Of a DNA stretch of 64,000 nucleotides, positions 20,861 through 33,430 are shown in pieces (position 1 is the first letter of the stretch; every line of letters begins with the position of its first letter). The position numbers were made by a program, and so were the translations under genes. This DNA is from an uncultured delta proteobacterium. GTDB taxonomy: Bacteria; Desulfobacterota; Binatia; HRBIN30; BPIQ01. Under the pieces are notes generated by a model. The model was given only the letters and a program-made list of their open reading frames with translations. It was not told where the DNA came from and did no database searches. The stretch covers positions 416,001 through 480,000 of the forward strand of contig CAVXGR010000012.1 in NCBI GenBank assembly GCA_963761335.1. Reading direction: 5' to 3'.

Positions 20861-21736
20861 TCACTCGGCCAGGAAGGCGAGCATCTCGCGGTTGACGATC
20901 TCGGGCTTCTCCTGATGGACGAAGTGTCCCGCCTCGGGAACGATCACCTTCTTGAGGCCGCCCGGGAAGAACGCCTCCATACCCTCCAGCAGCTCCGTGC
21001 CGAGGCAGCCATCGCGGGCGCCGTAGAAGAGGAGTGTGGGTGCCGACACCGGAGCCATGGTGATGCGATCCTGCACCTCGGCCAGGCTCGGATCCTGGTT
21101 CACAGGATTGAGCATGCAGCGGTAGTATCCCAGCGCCGCCTGCAGCACACCCGGGGCGGCAAAGGTGCGCTTCAGCCGTTGCATCTCCTCGGGCTCGAAA
21201 TCCCATTGGGGAGACCAGTCGCGCCACAGCCGCTCGATGAAGGCGAAGTCATCGTGCTGCACGGCAATATCCGAGAAGGGGTGCTGGAAGAAGAACATGT
21301 ACCAGGAGCGCCGCTGCTGGTCGTAGCTGGTCATGAACGCCTGTGCCATGGACGGCCCGTGGGGCACCGCCGCGGTCACCAGCCGGCGCACGCGCTCTGG
21401 GGCGAGAATGGCGGCGCCGTAGGCGGCGATCGCGCCCCAGTCGTGGCCGAAGACGACGGCGGACTCGACGCCGAGCGCTTCGATCAGGGCGACGGCATCA
21501 GCGGCCAGACATGCCGTCTGGTAGCGTCCGTCGGCAGGCGCCTGCGTGGGGCTGTAGCCGCGCATGAAGGGCGCCACGGCGCGATAGCCGGCGCTGGCGA
21601 GGGCGGGCAGCTGATGGCGAAAGGAGTGGGCGTGATCGGGGAAGCCGTGGAGGCAGAGGGCCAGCGGACCGCGGCCCATCTCGAGAAAGCCGAACTTCAA
21701 GCCGTTGGCGGCGACGCTCCCCTGGCGAAACTCCAT
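20861..21736 (-). CDS. alpha/beta hydrolase, epoxide hydrolase-like
   Basis: HGFP, GHDWG (Asp nucleophile), SWY, YYR, GHF. Confidence 0.9.
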   Translation of the reverse strand: MEFRQGSVAANGLKFGFLEMGRGPLALCLHGFPDHAHSFRHQLPALASAGYRAVAPFMRGYSPTQAPADGRYQTACLAADAVALIEALGVESAVVFGHDWGAIAAYGAAILAPERVRRLVTAAVPHGPSMAQAFMTSYDQQRRSWYMFFFQHPFSDIAVQHDDFAFIERLWRDWSPQWDFEPEEMQRLKRTFAAPGVLQAALGYYRCMLNPVNQDPSLAEVQDRITMAPVSAPTLLFYGARDGCLGTELLEGMEAFFPGGLKKVIVPEAGHFVHQEKPEIVNREMLAFLAE

Positions 21737-21758
21737 GCAGTCTTCCCCTCGCCCGCTG

Positions 21759-21787
21759 GGATTAGTCCGCCCGGCGCCGCCCGTCAA
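21759..21787 (-). promoter_or_regulatory. putative sigma70 promoter for hydrolase-thiolase-fabI
   Basis: TTGACG-17-TAATCC. Confidence 0.45.
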
Positions 21788-21842
21788 ACCGCGCGCCTGG
21801 CAGCCCGGCCACTGCGCTCGGGCCGCCCCGGAGGGCGCCGGC

Positions 21843-21873
21843 GTCTCGCCCCGGGCGCAACCCGGGGCGAGAC
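21843..21873. repeat. 13-bp perfect inverted repeat downstream of rplQ
   Basis: GTCTCGCCCCGGG-CGCAA-CCCGGGGCGAGAC. Confidence 0.6.
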
Positions 21874-21920
21874 TTCCACTTCGCCCAGATCAGCGTCCCG
21901 GAGGGGCGCCGGGTACTGCC

Positions 21921-22379
21921 TCAGCCGAGAGGCGGCAGCTGCGGCTGCTGCGCCTGCTCGCGTTTGCGCGCCGCCTTCTCGCGGCGCTCGCGCTTGCGCT
22001 GCGCCTCCGACTTGGCCTGCTCACCGCGATCGGTGAGCTCGATGATCGACAGGGGCGCGGCATCGCCGCGGCGGTGCCCCAGCTTGATCACCCGCGTATA
22101 GCCGCCCGGTCGGTCGCGGAAGCGCGGTGCCACCTCGTCGAACAGCTTCTTGACCACCGTCTTGCTGCGGATGAAGGCGAGTGCCTGGCGGCGGGCATGC
22201 AGCGTGCCGCGCTTGCCGAGGGTGATCATGCGTTCCGCCCAGTGCCGCAGGTCCTTCGCCTTGGCGTCGGTGGTGCGAATCTGCTCGTGCTCGAGCAGCG
22301 AGGTCACCATGTTGCGGAACAGCGCCTTGCGATGCGCGCTGGTGCGATTGAGCTTTCTTCCGGCTTTCAGATGCCGCAT
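21921..22379 (-). CDS. rplQ: 50S ribosomal protein L17
   Basis: [30 protein letters not shown]. Confidence 0.98.
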   Translation of the reverse strand: MRHLKAGRKLNRTSAHRKALFRNMVTSLLEHEQIRTTDAKAKDLRHWAERMITLGKRGTLHARRQALAFIRSKTVVKKLFDEVAPRFRDRPGGYTRVIKLGHRRGDAAPLSIIELTDRGEQAKSEAQRKRERREKAARKREQAQQPQLPPLG

Positions 22380-22400
22380 GACATTTCTCGCGGCGCCGCG

Positions 22401-23423
22401 TCAGGCGCTCTCGCGCTCCTTGGCCATTCGCTGATCGAGCTCCTCGCGGGTGGGGAAGTTCTCCAGACGCATGCCGAAGTCCAGCCCCATCTCCCGCAGC
22501 AGCTCCTTGATCTCGTTGAGCGATTTGCGACCGAAGTTCTTGGTCTTGAGCATCTCCGCCTCGCTGCGCTGCACCAGCTCGCCGATGTACTTGATGTCGG
22601 CGTTCTGCAGGCAGTTGGCGGAGCGCACCGAGAGCTCGAGCTCGGCCACCGGGCGAAACAGGTTCTCGTTGAGCGACGGCCCCGCCTCGGCCTCCACCTC
22701 GGCCGGCTCGGGCTGCTCCTCGAAGGTGACGAACACGGCGAGCTGATCCTGTAGGATGCGGGCGGCGTAGGCCACGGCGTCGTCCGGCCGCACGCTGCCG
22801 TCGGTCCACACCTCCATGGTGAGGCGGTCGTAGTCGGTGCGTTGACCGACGCGGGCATTGGTCACCGTGTAGTTGACCTTGCGCACCGGCGAGAAGATGG
22901 CGTCGATTGGGATGGTGCCGATCGGATCCGTCTCCTCCTTGTTGCGCTCGGCGGGGACGTAGCCGCGCCCGGTGCGGATGCTGAGCTCGGCGTCGAGCTT
23001 TCCCTCCTTGGAGAGGGCGGCGATGTGGTGCTCGGGGTTGAGGATCTCGACGTTCGGACCCGCCTGGATGCTGCCGGCGGTGATCTCGCCCTCGCCCTTC
23101 GCCTCGATGCGCGCCGTCTCCTGGGTGCCGTCGTGGAGCTTCAGGCGCACCTCCTTGAGATTGAGGACCATGTCGGTGACGTCCTCGCGCACGCCCGGCA
23201 CGGTGGAGAACTCGTGCAGGACGCCCTTGATGCGTACCGCCGTGATCGCCGCGCCCTGCAGCGACGACAGCAGAATGCGCCGCAGGGAGTTGCCGATGGT
23301 CAGCCCGAAGCCGCGCTCGAAGGGCTCGCCCACGAACTTGCCGTAGGTCGGCGTCAGGGTCTTGGTGTCGACTTCCAGCCGAGTCGGCTTGATGAGATCA
23401 CGCCAGTTTCGTTGTGGTTGCAT
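22401..23423 (-). CDS. rpoA: RNA polymerase alpha subunit
   Basis: [38 protein letters not shown]. Confidence 0.98.
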   Translation of the reverse strand: MQPQRNWRDLIKPTRLEVDTKTLTPTYGKFVGEPFERGFGLTIGNSLRRILLSSLQGAAITAVRIKGVLHEFSTVPGVREDVTDMVLNLKEVRLKLHDGTQETARIEAKGEGEITAGSIQAGPNVEILNPEHHIAALSKEGKLDAELSIRTGRGYVPAERNKEETDPIGTIPIDAIFSPVRKVNYTVTNARVGQRTDYDRLTMEVWTDGSVRPDDAVAYAARILQDQLAVFVTFEEQPEPAEVEAEAGPSLNENLFRPVAELELSVRSANCLQNADIKYIGELVQRSEAEMLKTKNFGRKSLNEIKELLREMGLDFGMRLENFPTREELDQRMAKERESA

Positions 23424-23465
23424 GTCTTGGCCTCCAAGAGAGCTATTGCGCTGCGGCTGCGCTCG

Positions 23466-24092
23466 TCACTTCGAGTACAGCTCGACGACCAGCTTCTCGT
23501 TCACCGGTGCGGTGAGCTCGGCACGGGTCGGCAGGGCCGCCACGCGCGCACTGAACACCTCGCGCTGGATCTGCAGCCACTCCGGCACGCCGCGCCGCTC
23601 CGCCTGCGCCATGGCGTCCTGAATGCGCGCCACGACGCGCGAGCGCTCGCGCACGCTGATCACGTCCCCGATCTTGACCAGATACGAGGGAACATCAACC
23701 TTGCGGCCGTTGACGGTGAAATGCCCGTGCCGCACCAGCTGGCGCGCCTCGGCGCGCGAGGTGGCGAAACCCGTACGGTACACCATGTTGTCGAGACGGC
23801 GCTCGAGCAGCAGCAGCAGGTTCTCACCGGTGATGCCGCGCAGCCGCTCGGCCATCTCGAAGTAGCGCCGGAACTGGCGCTCGAGCACGCCGTACATGCG
23901 CTTGAGCTTCTGCTTCTCGCGCAGCTGCAGGGCGTACTCGGAGAACTTGGCGCGCGCCTGCCCGTGCTCTCCGGGGGGATAGTTGCGCCGTTCGATGGCG
24001 CACTTGTCCGTGAAGCAGCGGTCCCCCTTCAGAAACAGCTTCAATCCTTCGCGCCGGCAGAGCCGGCAAACCGAGTCGTGATAACGAGCCAC
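23466..24092 (-). CDS. rpsD: 30S ribosomal protein S4
   Basis: [21 protein letters not shown]. Confidence 0.98.
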   Translation of the reverse strand: MARYHDSVCRLCRREGLKLFLKGDRCFTDKCAIERRNYPPGEHGQARAKFSEYALQLREKQKLKRMYGVLERQFRRYFEMAERLRGITGENLLLLLERRLDNMVYRTGFATSRAEARQLVRHGHFTVNGRKVDVPSYLVKIGDVISVRERSRVVARIQDAMAQAERRGVPEWLQIQREVFSARVAALPTRAELTAPVNEKLVVELYSK

Positions 24093-24110
24093 CGATCGAT
24101 CTCCTCGAGG

Positions 24111-24542
24111 TCAGACCCGCCGCCGCTTGGGCGGCCGGCAGCCGTTGTGCGGAATCGGGGTCACATCCTTGATGATGGACACCGCGAAGCCGGCGGTCTG
24201 CAACGAGCGCAGCACCGACTCGCGGCCCGCGCCCGGTCCCTTGACGAATACGCGCACGGAGCGCATGCCGTAGTCCATCGCCTTCTTGGCGGCGCTCTCG
24301 GCGGCGAGCTGCGCGGCAAAGGGGGTGCCCTTGCGCGAGCCCTTGAAGCCGACCGAGCCGGCGCTCGCCCAGGCAACCACGTTCCCCACTGGGTCGCTGA
24401 TGGTCACGATGGTGTTGTTGAAGGTCGAGTGGATGTGCACGACCCCTTCGCTGACCAGCTTCTTGCTGCGCTTGCGGCGCGCCTCTCCCCCTGCCTTCTC
24501 GGCAGCGGCCTTCTCTGCGGGGGCGTTCTCGTCTTTCGCCAT
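24111..24542 (-). CDS. rpsK: 30S ribosomal protein S11
   Basis: [24 protein letters not shown]. Confidence 0.98.
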   Translation of the reverse strand: MAKDENAPAEKAAAEKAGGEARRKRSKKLVSEGVVHIHSTFNNTIVTISDPVGNVVAWASAGSVGFKGSRKGTPFAAQLAAESAAKKAMDYGMRSVRVFVKGPGAGRESVLRSLQTAGFAVSIIKDVTPIPHNGCRPPKRRRV

Positions 24543-24563
24543 ACGACTCCTCGTTTCGATTTC

Positions 24564-24947
24564 CTAGCCCTTCGAGGGCGGTGACTTCTTGCCGGTAATG
24601 GCGCGTCGGGGCCCCTTGCGAGTCCGCGCATTGGTGTGGGTGCGCTGCCCGTGCACCGGCAGGTTGCGGCGGTGCCGCAGGCCACGGTACGAGCCCAGAT
24701 CCATGTAGCGCTTGATGTTGAGCGCCACCTCGCGCCGCAGGTCGCCTTCGACTCGGTAGGACTGGTCGATCACCTGGCGCAGCTTGACGACCTCGTCATC
24801 GGACAGGTCATCGGACTTCTTCTGCGTATCGACGCCGGCGCTGTCGAGAATCTTCCGCGCCGAGGTCCGGCCGATCCCAAAGATATACGTGAGCGCGATG
24901 TCGATGCGCTTGTTCCGCGGCAGATCTACGCCCGCAATGCGTGCCAT
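24564..24947 (-). CDS. rpsM: 30S ribosomal protein S13
   Basis: [23 protein letters not shown]. Confidence 0.98.
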   Translation of the reverse strand: MARIAGVDLPRNKRIDIALTYIFGIGRTSARKILDSAGVDTQKKSDDLSDDEVVKLRQVIDQSYRVEGDLRREVALNIKRYMDLGSYRGLRHRRNLPVHGQRTHTNARTRKGPRRAITGKKSPPSKG

Positions 24948-24966
24948 GAATGACGCTCCTCGCTCC

Positions 24967-25080
24967 CTAACCTTGACGCTGCTTGTGGCGCGGGTTGGTA
25001 CACAGTACCCGAATGACGCCCTGGCGGCGTATCACCTTACAGTTCTTGCAAATTCTCTTGACCGAGGCTCGAACCTTCAT
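24967..25080 (-). CDS. rpmJ: 50S ribosomal protein L36 (not in ORF track)
   Basis: Manual translation [37 protein letters not shown]. Confidence 0.97.
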   Translation of the reverse strand: MKVRASVKRICKNCKVIRRQGVIRVLCTNPRHKQRQG

Positions 25081-25114
25081 CACGCGATCTCCCGTCGACC
25101 GATGTCCCGTCCGC

Positions 25115-25885
25115 TCATTTTCCGCCGAGACTGCTGAGAACATAAGGGCCTTCCTCGGTGATCGCCACCGAGTGCTCGAAGTGCGCCGAGCGTCGCCCGT
25201 CCCGGGTCACGGCCGTCCAGCCGTCTTCCTTCACGATCACCTCGGGCCCGCCGGCGTTCACCATCGGCTCGATCGCCAGCACCATGCCGGCGCGCAGGCG
25301 CAGGCCCCGATCGCGGGTCCCGAAGTTCGGCACCTGCGGCTCTTCGTGCAGCTTGGTGCCGATGCCGTGGCCCACGAAGTCGCGCACCACGGAAAAACCG
25401 GCGCTCTCGGCGTGCTCCTGCACCGCCGCCGAGAGGTCGCCGATGCGGTTGCCGACCCGCGCCTGCTCGATGCCGAGCATGAGAGCGTCTCGGGCGACCT
25501 CCATGAGTCGCCGGCTCTCCTCGTCCACGCTGCCGACGGCGACGGTGACGGCGGCGTCGCCGTAGTATCCCTGGTAGCAGACGCCGAAATCCAGGCCGAC
25601 GATATCGCCTTCGCGCAGGGTGCGGCCAGGGGTGGGAATGCCGTGGACGATTTCTTCGTTGATCGAGATGCAGACGCTGGCCGGAAACACGCGGCCGCCG
25701 ACGCGATATCCCTTGAATGCCGGCTTGGCCTTGCGGCGCAGCGTCCCCTGCTCCGCCACCTCGTCGAGCTCGGCGGTGGTCACGTCCGGACGGACGCGCG
25801 CCTTCAGCTCTTCGAGCACCTCGGCGACGATCTGGCTGGCAGCGTGCATGATCTCGATCTCGCGCTTCGATTTGAGGACGATCAT
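25115..25885 (-). CDS. map: type I methionine aminopeptidase
   Basis: [34 protein letters not shown]; start trimmed to ATG 25885. Confidence 0.96.
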   Translation of the reverse strand: MIVLKSKREIEIMHAASQIVAEVLEELKARVRPDVTTAELDEVAEQGTLRRKAKPAFKGYRVGGRVFPASVCISINEEIVHGIPTPGRTLREGDIVGLDFGVCYQGYYGDAAVTVAVGSVDEESRRLMEVARDALMLGIEQARVGNRIGDLSAAVQEHAESAGFSVVRDFVGHGIGTKLHEEPQVPNFGTRDRGLRLRAGMVLAIEPMVNAGGPEVIVKEDGWTAVTRDGRRSAHFEHSVAITEEGPYVLSSLGGK

Positions 25886-26535
25886 GGGCAGCCGTCCACC
25901 TGATGGATGATGCGCTCGAATACCGCGGCCGGGGTGCCGGTGCCGTCGACCTCGCGCAGGATCTCCCGCCGGCGATAGAATTCCAGGAGCGGCCGGGTCT
26001 CGCGATCGAAGACGCCGAGCCGCGCCCGCACGGTCTCCTCGCGATCGTCCTCGCGCTGCACCAGCTCGCCGTCGCATTTGCCGCAGTGCCCGGGACGCGG
26101 CGGCGGGTCGAAATGCGCGTGGTGCATGTTGCCGCAGCAGCGACAGACGCGGCGGCCACTGATCCGCTGCACCAGCTCCTCGGTGGGAACCTCGAGGCTG
26201 ATGGCGCACTGCAGCGGGCGGCCGATCGCCTCGAGCATGCGCTCGAGCGTCTCCGCCTGGGCGAGGTTGCGCGGAAAGCCGTCGAGGAGAAAGCCGTCCC
26301 CGACCGCCTGCAGCCGCTCGCGGATCAGCTCGAGCACGAGCCCGTCGGGCACCAGCTGGCCGCGGTTCATGTAGTCCTGTGCCTTCAAACCGTTCTCCGT
26401 CTCGCGGGCGACGGCGTCTCGCAGCAGATCTCCGGAGGAGATGTGCACCAGTCCGAAATGCTCCTCGAGCAAGCGCGCTTGTGTACCCTTGCCCGCGCCG
26501 GGCGGTCCAAGAAGTATGATGCGCGAGGTGCCCAT
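25882..26535 (-). CDS. adk: adenylate kinase
   Basis: GPPGAGKGTQ, LDGFPR, Cys-type lid, QREDD. Confidence 0.97.
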   Translation of the reverse strand: MGTSRIILLGPPGAGKGTQARLLEEHFGLVHISSGDLLRDAVARETENGLKAQDYMNRGQLVPDGLVLELIRERLQAVGDGFLLDGFPRNLAQAETLERMLEAIGRPLQCAISLEVPTEELVQRISGRRVCRCCGNMHHAHFDPPPRPGHCGKCDGELVQREDDREETVRARLGVFDRETRPLLEFYRRREILREVDGTGTPAAVFERIIHQVDGCP

Positions 26536-26548
26536 CCCCGGCGGTTCT

Positions 26549-27851
<1,303 letters not shown>

Positions 27852-27859
<8 letters not shown>

Positions 27860-28304
27860 CGGTGAGTACCTCCGCCGTTCCGCCCGCCGAGGCGATGGCC
27901 TGGCGCGCCGAGGCGCTGAAGCCGTGGGCGCGCACCGTCAGCGCCTTCGAGAGGGCGCCGGTGCCGAGAACCTTGACCGGCATGGCGCTGCGGCGCACCA
28001 GACCGGAGGCGCGCAGCGCCGCCGGGTCGACCGTCGCTCCCGCCTCGAACTTCTGCTCGAGCTGGGCGAGGTTGACGACGGCGAACTCGCGCCGGGTCGG
28101 ATTGTGGAAGCCGCGCTTGGGCAGGCGCCGCTGCAGGGGCATCTGCCCGCCCTCGTAGCCGGGGGGCGAAGAGCCGCCGCTGCGCGATTTGCGTCCCTTG
28201 TGGCCGCGCGTCGAGGTCTTGCCGTGGCCGGAGCCGGGGCCGCGGCCGACGCGCTTCCGCTTGCGGACCGATCCGGGGGCCGGCTTGAGATCGCTCAGGT
28301 TCAT
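27852..28304 (-). CDS. rplO: 50S ribosomal protein L15
   Basis: [20 protein letters not shown]. Confidence 0.97.
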
Positions 28305-28492
28305 GGCTTCTCCTCCACCGCCAGCAGATGTCGAACAGTGTCGATCATGCCGCGCAGAGGTGGGGTGTCGTGGCGGAGCACGGTTTTGCCGACCCGGTTG
28401 AGGCCGAGGCCGCGCAGGGTGGCGCGCTGGCGCTCGGTCTGCCCGATCGGGCTCCGTTTCAGCGTGATCTTGATGAGGGGCTGATCCGCCAT
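28301..28492 (-). CDS. rpmD: 50S ribosomal protein L30
   Basis: [19 protein letters not shown]. Confidence 0.95.
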   Translation of the reverse strand: MADQPLIKITLKRSPIGQTERQRATLRGLGLNRVGKTVLRHDTPPLRGMIDTVRHLLAVEEKP

Positions 28493-28493
28493 C

Positions 28494-29012
28494 TCAGCCT
28501 CGCAGCTCTTCCAGGGTCTTGCCGCGCTTTGCGGCGATGACCTCGGGAGCGATCAGCCCCTTGAGCGCTTCCATGGTGGCCCGCACCATGTTGTGCGGGT
28601 TGTTGGAGCCCAGGCACTTGGTCAGCACGTTGCGGATGCCGGCGAGCTCGACCACGGCGCGGATGCCGCCGCCGGCGATGACCCCGGTACCGTCCGCCGC
28701 CGGGCGCAGGAGAACCTTGCCGGCGCCGTAGTGGCCGCGCACGTCGTAGGGGATGGTGCCGTCGACCAGCGGCACGGTCACCAGCGACTTCTTGGCGCGC
28801 TCGATACCCTTGCGGATCGCCTCGGGCACCTCGTTGGCCTTGCCGAGCCCGAAGCCGACGCGGCCGTTGCTGTCGCCGACCACCACCAGGGCGCTGAAGC
28901 TGAAGCGCCGGCCGCCTTTGACGACCTTGGCGACGCGGTTGATGTGCACCACCTTTTCCTTGAGCTCGACCCCGCCGACCTCGATTCTCTCTCTGCCTCT
29001 GCCGATCGCCAT
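28494..29012 (-). CDS. rpsE: 30S ribosomal protein S5
   Basis: [24 protein letters not shown]. Confidence 0.98.
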   Translation of the reverse strand: MAIGRGRERIEVGGVELKEKVVHINRVAKVVKGGRRFSFSALVVVGDSNGRVGFGLGKANEVPEAIRKGIERAKKSLVTVPLVDGTIPYDVRGHYGAGKVLLRPAADGTGVIAGGGIRAVVELAGIRNVLTKCLGSNNPHNMVRATMEALKGLIAPEVIAAKRGKTLEELRG

Positions 29013-29022
29013 GTCTTCGTCC

Positions 29023-29385
29023 TCAGAACTTCAGACCGCCCTCGCGCGCTGCGTCGGCGAGCGTCTGGATGCGGCCGTGAAAGAGATAGCCATTGCGGTC
29101 GAAGACCACCTCGTGGATGCCGCGCTCCTGGCAGATACGGGCCACCATGGCACCGACCTTCTTCGCGGCCTCGCGGCTCATGCCCTTGCTGTCGGCGCGC
29201 AGCTCGGCGGAAAGGGTCGACGCCGATGCCAGCGTGCGCCCGGTCTCGTCGGAGATCACCTGGGCGTAGATGTGCTTGTTGCTGCGGAAGACGGAAAGGC
29301 GCGGGCGCTGATCGGTGCCGCGCACCCGCTTGCGCACCCGCTCCTGACGTAGCTTTCGCGCCGTCTGCGTGTCCTTGATGATCAT
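29023..29385 (-). CDS. rplR: 50S ribosomal protein L18
   Basis: [22 protein letters not shown]. Confidence 0.97.
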   Translation of the reverse strand: MIIKDTQTARKLRQERVRKRVRGTDQRPRLSVFRSNKHIYAQVISDETGRTLASASTLSAELRADSKGMSREAAKKVGAMVARICQERGIHEVVFDRNGYLFHGRIQTLADAAREGGLKF

Positions 29386-29396
29386 GTCTCGATCCT

Positions 29397-29945
29397 CTAC
29401 GAGCCGGCCGCCCCGGCCGCCTTGCCGGCCTTGCGGCGAATGGTCTCGTTGGCGTACTTGACCCCTTTGCCCTTGTAGGGCTCCGGGGGCCGCAGCTGGC
29501 GGATGTCCGCAGCCACCTGACCGAGCAGCTTGCGGTCGCTCGACTGCAGCGTGATGACCACCTGGCGCTCGACCGCGGCGCTCACCCCCGGGGGAAGCTG
29601 ATAGACGATCGGGTGCGAGTAGCCGAGGCTCAGATGCAGGTTGCTGCCGCGAACCTCGGCGCGATAGCCGACGCCGATGATCTCCAGCGTGCGACTGAAT
29701 CCGGCGCTCACCCCCTGGACCATGTTGGCGATGAGCTTGCGCGAGAGACCGTGGAGAGCCCGCGCCTGCCGCGAGTCGTCCTTGCGGACGACGCGCAGGA
29801 CGCCGTCCGCGACCTCGGCTCCGACCTTCGGGCCGAGAGTGTGCTGCGCCTTCCCCTTGGGCCCCTCGGCGATGACGGTGGCACCGTCGACGCGGAGACT
29901 GACTCCGCTCGGCACCGGGATCGGCTGCTTTCCAATACGCGACAT
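29397..29945 (-). CDS. rplF: 50S ribosomal protein L6
   Basis: [17 protein letters not shown]. Confidence 0.97.
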   Translation of the reverse strand: MSRIGKQPIPVPSGVSLRVDGATVIAEGPKGKAQHTLGPKVGAEVADGVLRVVRKDDSRQARALHGLSRKLIANMVQGVSAGFSRTLEIIGVGYRAEVRGSNLHLSLGYSHPIVYQLPPGVSAAVERQVVITLQSSDRKLLGQVAADIRQLRPPEPYKGKGVKYANETIRRKAGKAAGAAGS

Positions 29946-29952
29946 GTCGTTC

Positions 29953-30351
29953 TTACCAGATGGAGCAGAGAATCTCGCCGCCGACGTTGCGCCGGCGCGC
30001 CTCGCGATCGACCAAGACCCCTGCCGGAGTCGAGAGAATGTTGACACCCAGCCCCTTGCGCACCGGGAGGATCTCCTCGGCGCCCACGTACACCCGCAGA
30101 CTGGGCCGGCTGATGCGCTTGAGGCCGGTGATCACCGGGCGATTGTCCTGATCGTAGCGCAGGGCGACGCGAAGCACGCGAAAGGTCCCGTCCTCGGCCA
30201 CGCTGTAGTCCTTCAGGAAACCCTCGGCGACCGCGACGCGGACGATCTCCTCCTTCAACCGCGACCAGGGCAGCTCTACCTGCTCCTTGCGGGCGCGGTT
30301 GGCGTTGCGGATCCGGGTCAGCAGATCGGCAATCGGATCGGTCATCGACAT
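29953..30351 (-). CDS. rpsH: 30S ribosomal protein S8
   Basis: MTDPIADLLTRIRNA, ISRPSLRVY, GGEILC. Confidence 0.97.
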   Translation of the reverse strand: MSMTDPIADLLTRIRNANRARKEQVELPWSRLKEEIVRVAVAEGFLKDYSVAEDGTFRVLRVALRYDQDNRPVITGLKRISRPSLRVYVGAEEILPVRKGLGVNILSTPAGVLVDREARRRNVGGEILCSIW

Positions 30352-30362
30352 GGGAATCGTTC

Positions 30363-30548
30363 CTACCAGCTCGCCTTGGTGAGCCCGGGAATCTGCCCCT
30401 TGCGGGCCAGATCGCGCAGGCACAGGCGGCACATCTGAAAACGGCGGTAAAAGGCCCGGGGGCGGCCGCACAGCGGACAGCGATTGTAGCGCTGCACCGC
30501 GAACTTCGGCGGCCTCTGGGCTTTCACCCGCAGACTCGTTTTGGCCAC
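30363..30548 (-). CDS. rpsN: 30S ribosomal protein S14, type Z (Zn-binding)
   Basis: GTG start; RCPLCGRP...CRLC...KASW, 61 aa. Confidence 0.96.
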   Translation of the reverse strand: MAKTSLRVKAQRPPKFAVQRYNRCPLCGRPRAFYRRFQMCRLCLRDLARKGQIPGLTKASW

Positions 30549-30562
30549 GTTCTCTTCTCCTC

Positions 30563-31102
30563 CTACATGCGGAAGGGCATGCCGAGCGCTCTCAGCAGCG
30601 CCTTCCCCTCGGCGTCGCTCCGCGCCGTGGTGACGATCGACACCGTCATGCCGCGGACCTTCTCGACCTTGTCCAGGTTGACCTCGGGAAAGATGATCTG
30701 CTCCCGCACCCCGAGGGAGTAGTTGCCGCGCCCGTCGAAGGAGCGGTCGGAGACGCCGCGGAAATCGCGCACCCGCGGCAGGGCGACGTTCATCAGGCGG
30801 TCGAGGAACTCGTACATGCGCTCGCCCCGCAGGGTCACGGCGCAGCCGATGGGCATGCCCTCGCGCAGCTTGAAGTTGGCGATGGCCTTGCGGGCCCGGG
30901 TCACCACCGGCTTCTGCCCGGTGATGCCGGCGAGCTCCTCGACGGCGGCGTCGAGCAGCTTGACGTTCTGCGAAGCCTCGCCCAGGCCGATGTTGACCAC
31001 CACCTTCTCGAGGCGTGGCACCTGCATCGGGTTCGAGTAGCCGAGCTCCTTCATCAGCCCCGGCACGATCTCCTGCCGGTATCTGTCTTTCAGTCGCGCC
31101 AT
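30563..31102 (-). CDS. rplE: 50S ribosomal protein L5
   Basis: [28 protein letters not shown]. Confidence 0.97.
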   Translation of the reverse strand: MARLKDRYRQEIVPGLMKELGYSNPMQVPRLEKVVVNIGLGEASQNVKLLDAAVEELAGITGQKPVVTRARKAIANFKLREGMPIGCAVTLRGERMYEFLDRLMNVALPRVRDFRGVSDRSFDGRGNYSLGVREQIIFPEVNLDKVEKVRGMTVSIVTTARSDAEGKALLRALGMPFRM

Positions 31103-31104
31103 GA

Positions 31105-31428
31105 TCAACGATCCATCTGGTCGCCGCAGCGGCGGCAGACGCGCACGCTGTGACCGTCCTCGAGGCGCCGCTTGCCGACGCGCACCGGGCGGTTGCACTT
31201 GTCGCACATGGGCATGACATTCGAGAGGTCGATCGCCGCCTCTTTCTCGACGATGCCCTGCGCCCCCTGGGGACCGCGCGACTTGCTGGAGCGCTTCACC
31301 ATGTTGAGGCGCTCGATGAGGACGCGCCCCTTGGCGGGCAGCACTCGAAGCACCTTGCCGGTCTTGCCGCGCTCGCGGCCGGCGATCACCATCACGGTGT
31401 CGTCTCTACGGATTCTCGCCAATGCCAT
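31105..31428 (-). CDS. rplX: 50S ribosomal protein L24
   Basis: KOW motif [24 protein letters not shown]. Confidence 0.96.
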   Translation of the reverse strand: MALARIRRDDTVMVIAGRERGKTGKVLRVLPAKGRVLIERLNMVKRSSKSRGPQGAQGIVEKEAAIDLSNVMPMCDKCNRPVRVGKRRLEDGHSVRVCRRCGDQMDR

Positions 31429-31437
31429 CGTATCGCC

Positions 31438-31806
31438 TCAAAGCACCTCGGGAGCGAGCGAGAGAATCTTCATGAAGCGCTTCGCCCGCAGCTCGCGCGC
31501 CACCGGCCCGAAGATACGGGTGCCGATCGGCTCGCGCTGATTGTCCAGCAGCACCGCCGAGTTGGTGTCGAAGCGGATGTAGGAGCCATCCGCCCGTCCG
31601 ACCTCCTTGGCGGTGCGCACGATGACCGCCTTCATGACGTCGCCCTTCTTCACCTTGGCGTTGGGAATCGCCTCTTTCACCGACACCACGATCACGTCTC
31701 CGAGGGAGGCGTACTTGCGTCGCGAGCCGCCCAGCACCTTGATGCAGAGCACGCGGCGGGCTCCCGAGTTGTCCGCCACGTCCAGTACCGTTTCCGATTG
31801 AACCAT
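31438..31806 (-). CDS. rplN: 50S ribosomal protein L14
   Basis: [26 protein letters not shown]. Confidence 0.98.
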   Translation of the reverse strand: MVQSETVLDVADNSGARRVLCIKVLGGSRRKYASLGDVIVVSVKEAIPNAKVKKGDVMKAVIVRTAKEVGRADGSYIRFDTNSAVLLDNQREPIGTRIFGPVARELRAKRFMKILSLAPEVL

Positions 31807-31843
31807 TTCCGTTCACACCGACCCTGCGCGTCGACGTGCCCCC

Positions 31844-32095
31844 TCACACGGCCTTCTTCACGATCGAGCTGACCCGCCAGCGCTTGTCGCGGCTGAGCGG
31901 CCGCGTCTCGACGATCTGCACCCGATCGCCGACGTCGCACTCGTTCTTCTCGTCGTGGGCCTTGAAATTCGCCCGCTGCTTGAGGTGCTTGCCGTACTTC
32001 GGGTGCTGCACCAGGCGCTCGACGAGGACGACGACCGTCTTCGCCATCTTGTTGCTGACCACCACACCCTGTCTGACTTTCGGCTTCGCGCGCAT
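31844..32095 (-). CDS. rpsQ: 30S ribosomal protein S17
   Basis: [20 protein letters not shown]. Confidence 0.96.
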   Translation of the reverse strand: MRAKPKVRQGVVVSNKMAKTVVVLVERLVQHPKYGKHLKQRANFKAHDEKNECDVGDRVQIVETRPLSRDKRWRVSSIVKKAV

Positions 32096-32100
32096 AGAGC

Positions 32101-32304
32101 TCAACCACCTTGACCGCGAGCGGCGCGTTCCCGACGAACGGTGAGAACTCGGGCGATGTCCCGCCGCGTGTGAACCAGCTTCTCCGTGTTCTCCAGCTGG
32201 GCCGTGCCGTGGCGCAGGCGGAGTCGAAAAAGCTCCTCCTGCAGCTCGCGGTGCTTCTGCTCCAGCTCCTCCGGGCTCATGTCCCGCAACTCACTAGGCC
32301 GCAT
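32101..32304 (-). CDS. rpmC: 50S ribosomal protein L29
   Basis: [15 protein letters not shown]; expected position. Confidence 0.93.
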   Translation of the reverse strand: MRPSELRDMSPEELEQKHRELQEELFRLRLRHGTAQLENTEKLVHTRRDIARVLTVRRERAARGQGG

Positions 32305-32719
32305 GTCCGGCTCCCGTCCGCTCCCGAAACTGCGTCGCCACCGAGAGCTTGTTGGCCGCCAGGCGGAACGCCTCGCGCGCCGTGCGGTCGTCAACCCCTT
32401 CCATCTCGAAGAGCATACGTCCGGGCTTGACCACCACCACCCAGAACTCCGGCGAGCCCTTGCCCTTGCCCATGCGGGTCTCGGCCGGCTTCTTGGTGAG
32501 CGGCTTGTCGGGAAAGACGCGGATCCACACACGCCCGCCGCGCTTGATGTAGCGGGTCAAGGCCACGCGGGCCGCCTCCAGCTCGCGCGCCGACACCCAG
32601 CCGCGGCCGACCGCCTGCAGCCCGTAGTCGCCGAAGGCCAGGGTGGTGCCGCGCCCGGCCGTGCCGGCCCGGCGCCCCTTCTGCATCTTTCTGTATTTGA
32701 CTTTCTTTGGAGACAACAT
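32294..32719 (-). CDS. rplP: 50S ribosomal protein L16
   Basis: [18 protein letters not shown]. Confidence 0.98.
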   Translation of the reverse strand: MLSPKKVKYRKMQKGRRAGTAGRGTTLAFGDYGLQAVGRGWVSARELEAARVALTRYIKRGGRVWIRVFPDKPLTKKPAETRMGKGKGSPEFWVVVVKPGRMLFEMEGVDDRTAREAFRLAANKLSVATQFRERTGAGHAA

Positions 32720-32737
32720 GGCATCACCTGCGCCCGG

Positions 32738-33400
32738 CTACATGCCGGCGGCGGCCTTCTGCTCGTCCTCTTCCCGCGTCAGCACCTCGCCGCGGAAGAT
32801 CCACACGCGCACGCCGATGACGCCGTAGGTGGTCTTCGCCTCGGCGAGGCCGTAGTGCACGTCGGCGCGCAGCGTATGCAGCGGCACCCGGCCCTCGCGG
32901 TACCACTCGGTGCGGGCGATCTCGGAGCCGCCCAGCCGCCCGGAGCTCTGGATGCGGATGCCCTGGGCGCCCATGCGCATGGCGCGACCCACGGCCTCCT
33001 TCATCGCTCTCCGGAAGCCGACGCGCCGCTCGAGCTGCAGGGCGACGTTCTCGGCGACCAGCTGCGCGTCGAGGTCGGGCCGGCGCACCTCGTGGATGTT
33101 GAGAAAGCTCTCCTTGCTGGTGATCGCGGCGAGCTCGCTCTTCAGCTTCTCGATCTCGGCGCCCTTCTTGCCGATGACGATCCCCGGCCGCGCCGTGTGG
33201 ATGTTGATCTTGGCCTTGTTGGCGGCGCGCTCGATCTCCACCTTGGAGATGCCGGCGTGATAGAGCCTCTGCTTGAGAAACTTGCGAATGCGCAGGTCCT
33301 CGTGAAGCAGGACGGCGTACTCGCGCCCGGCGTACCACTTCGAATCCCAGCTCTCGGTGACGCCGAGCCGAAACCCCTTCGGGTGTGTCTTCTGACCCAT
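32738..33400 (-). CDS. rpsC: 30S ribosomal protein S3
   Basis: [26 protein letters not shown]. Confidence 0.98.
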   Translation of the reverse strand: MGQKTHPKGFRLGVTESWDSKWYAGREYAVLLHEDLRIRKFLKQRLYHAGISKVEIERAANKAKINIHTARPGIVIGKKGAEIEKLKSELAAITSKESFLNIHEVRRPDLDAQLVAENVALQLERRVGFRRAMKEAVGRAMRMGAQGIRIQSSGRLGGSEIARTEWYREGRVPLHTLRADVHYGLAEAKTTYGVIGVRVWIFRGEVLTREEDEQKAAAGM

Positions 33401-33430
33401 CGACTTCCCTCTCGCTGTCCTCTGCCGGCC

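Noticed and set aside
6711..22010. Arg/Pro-rich C-terminal tails on Der, GmhA and L17 as a shared signal
   Set aside because: No common motif; such tails are frequent in high-GC genomes
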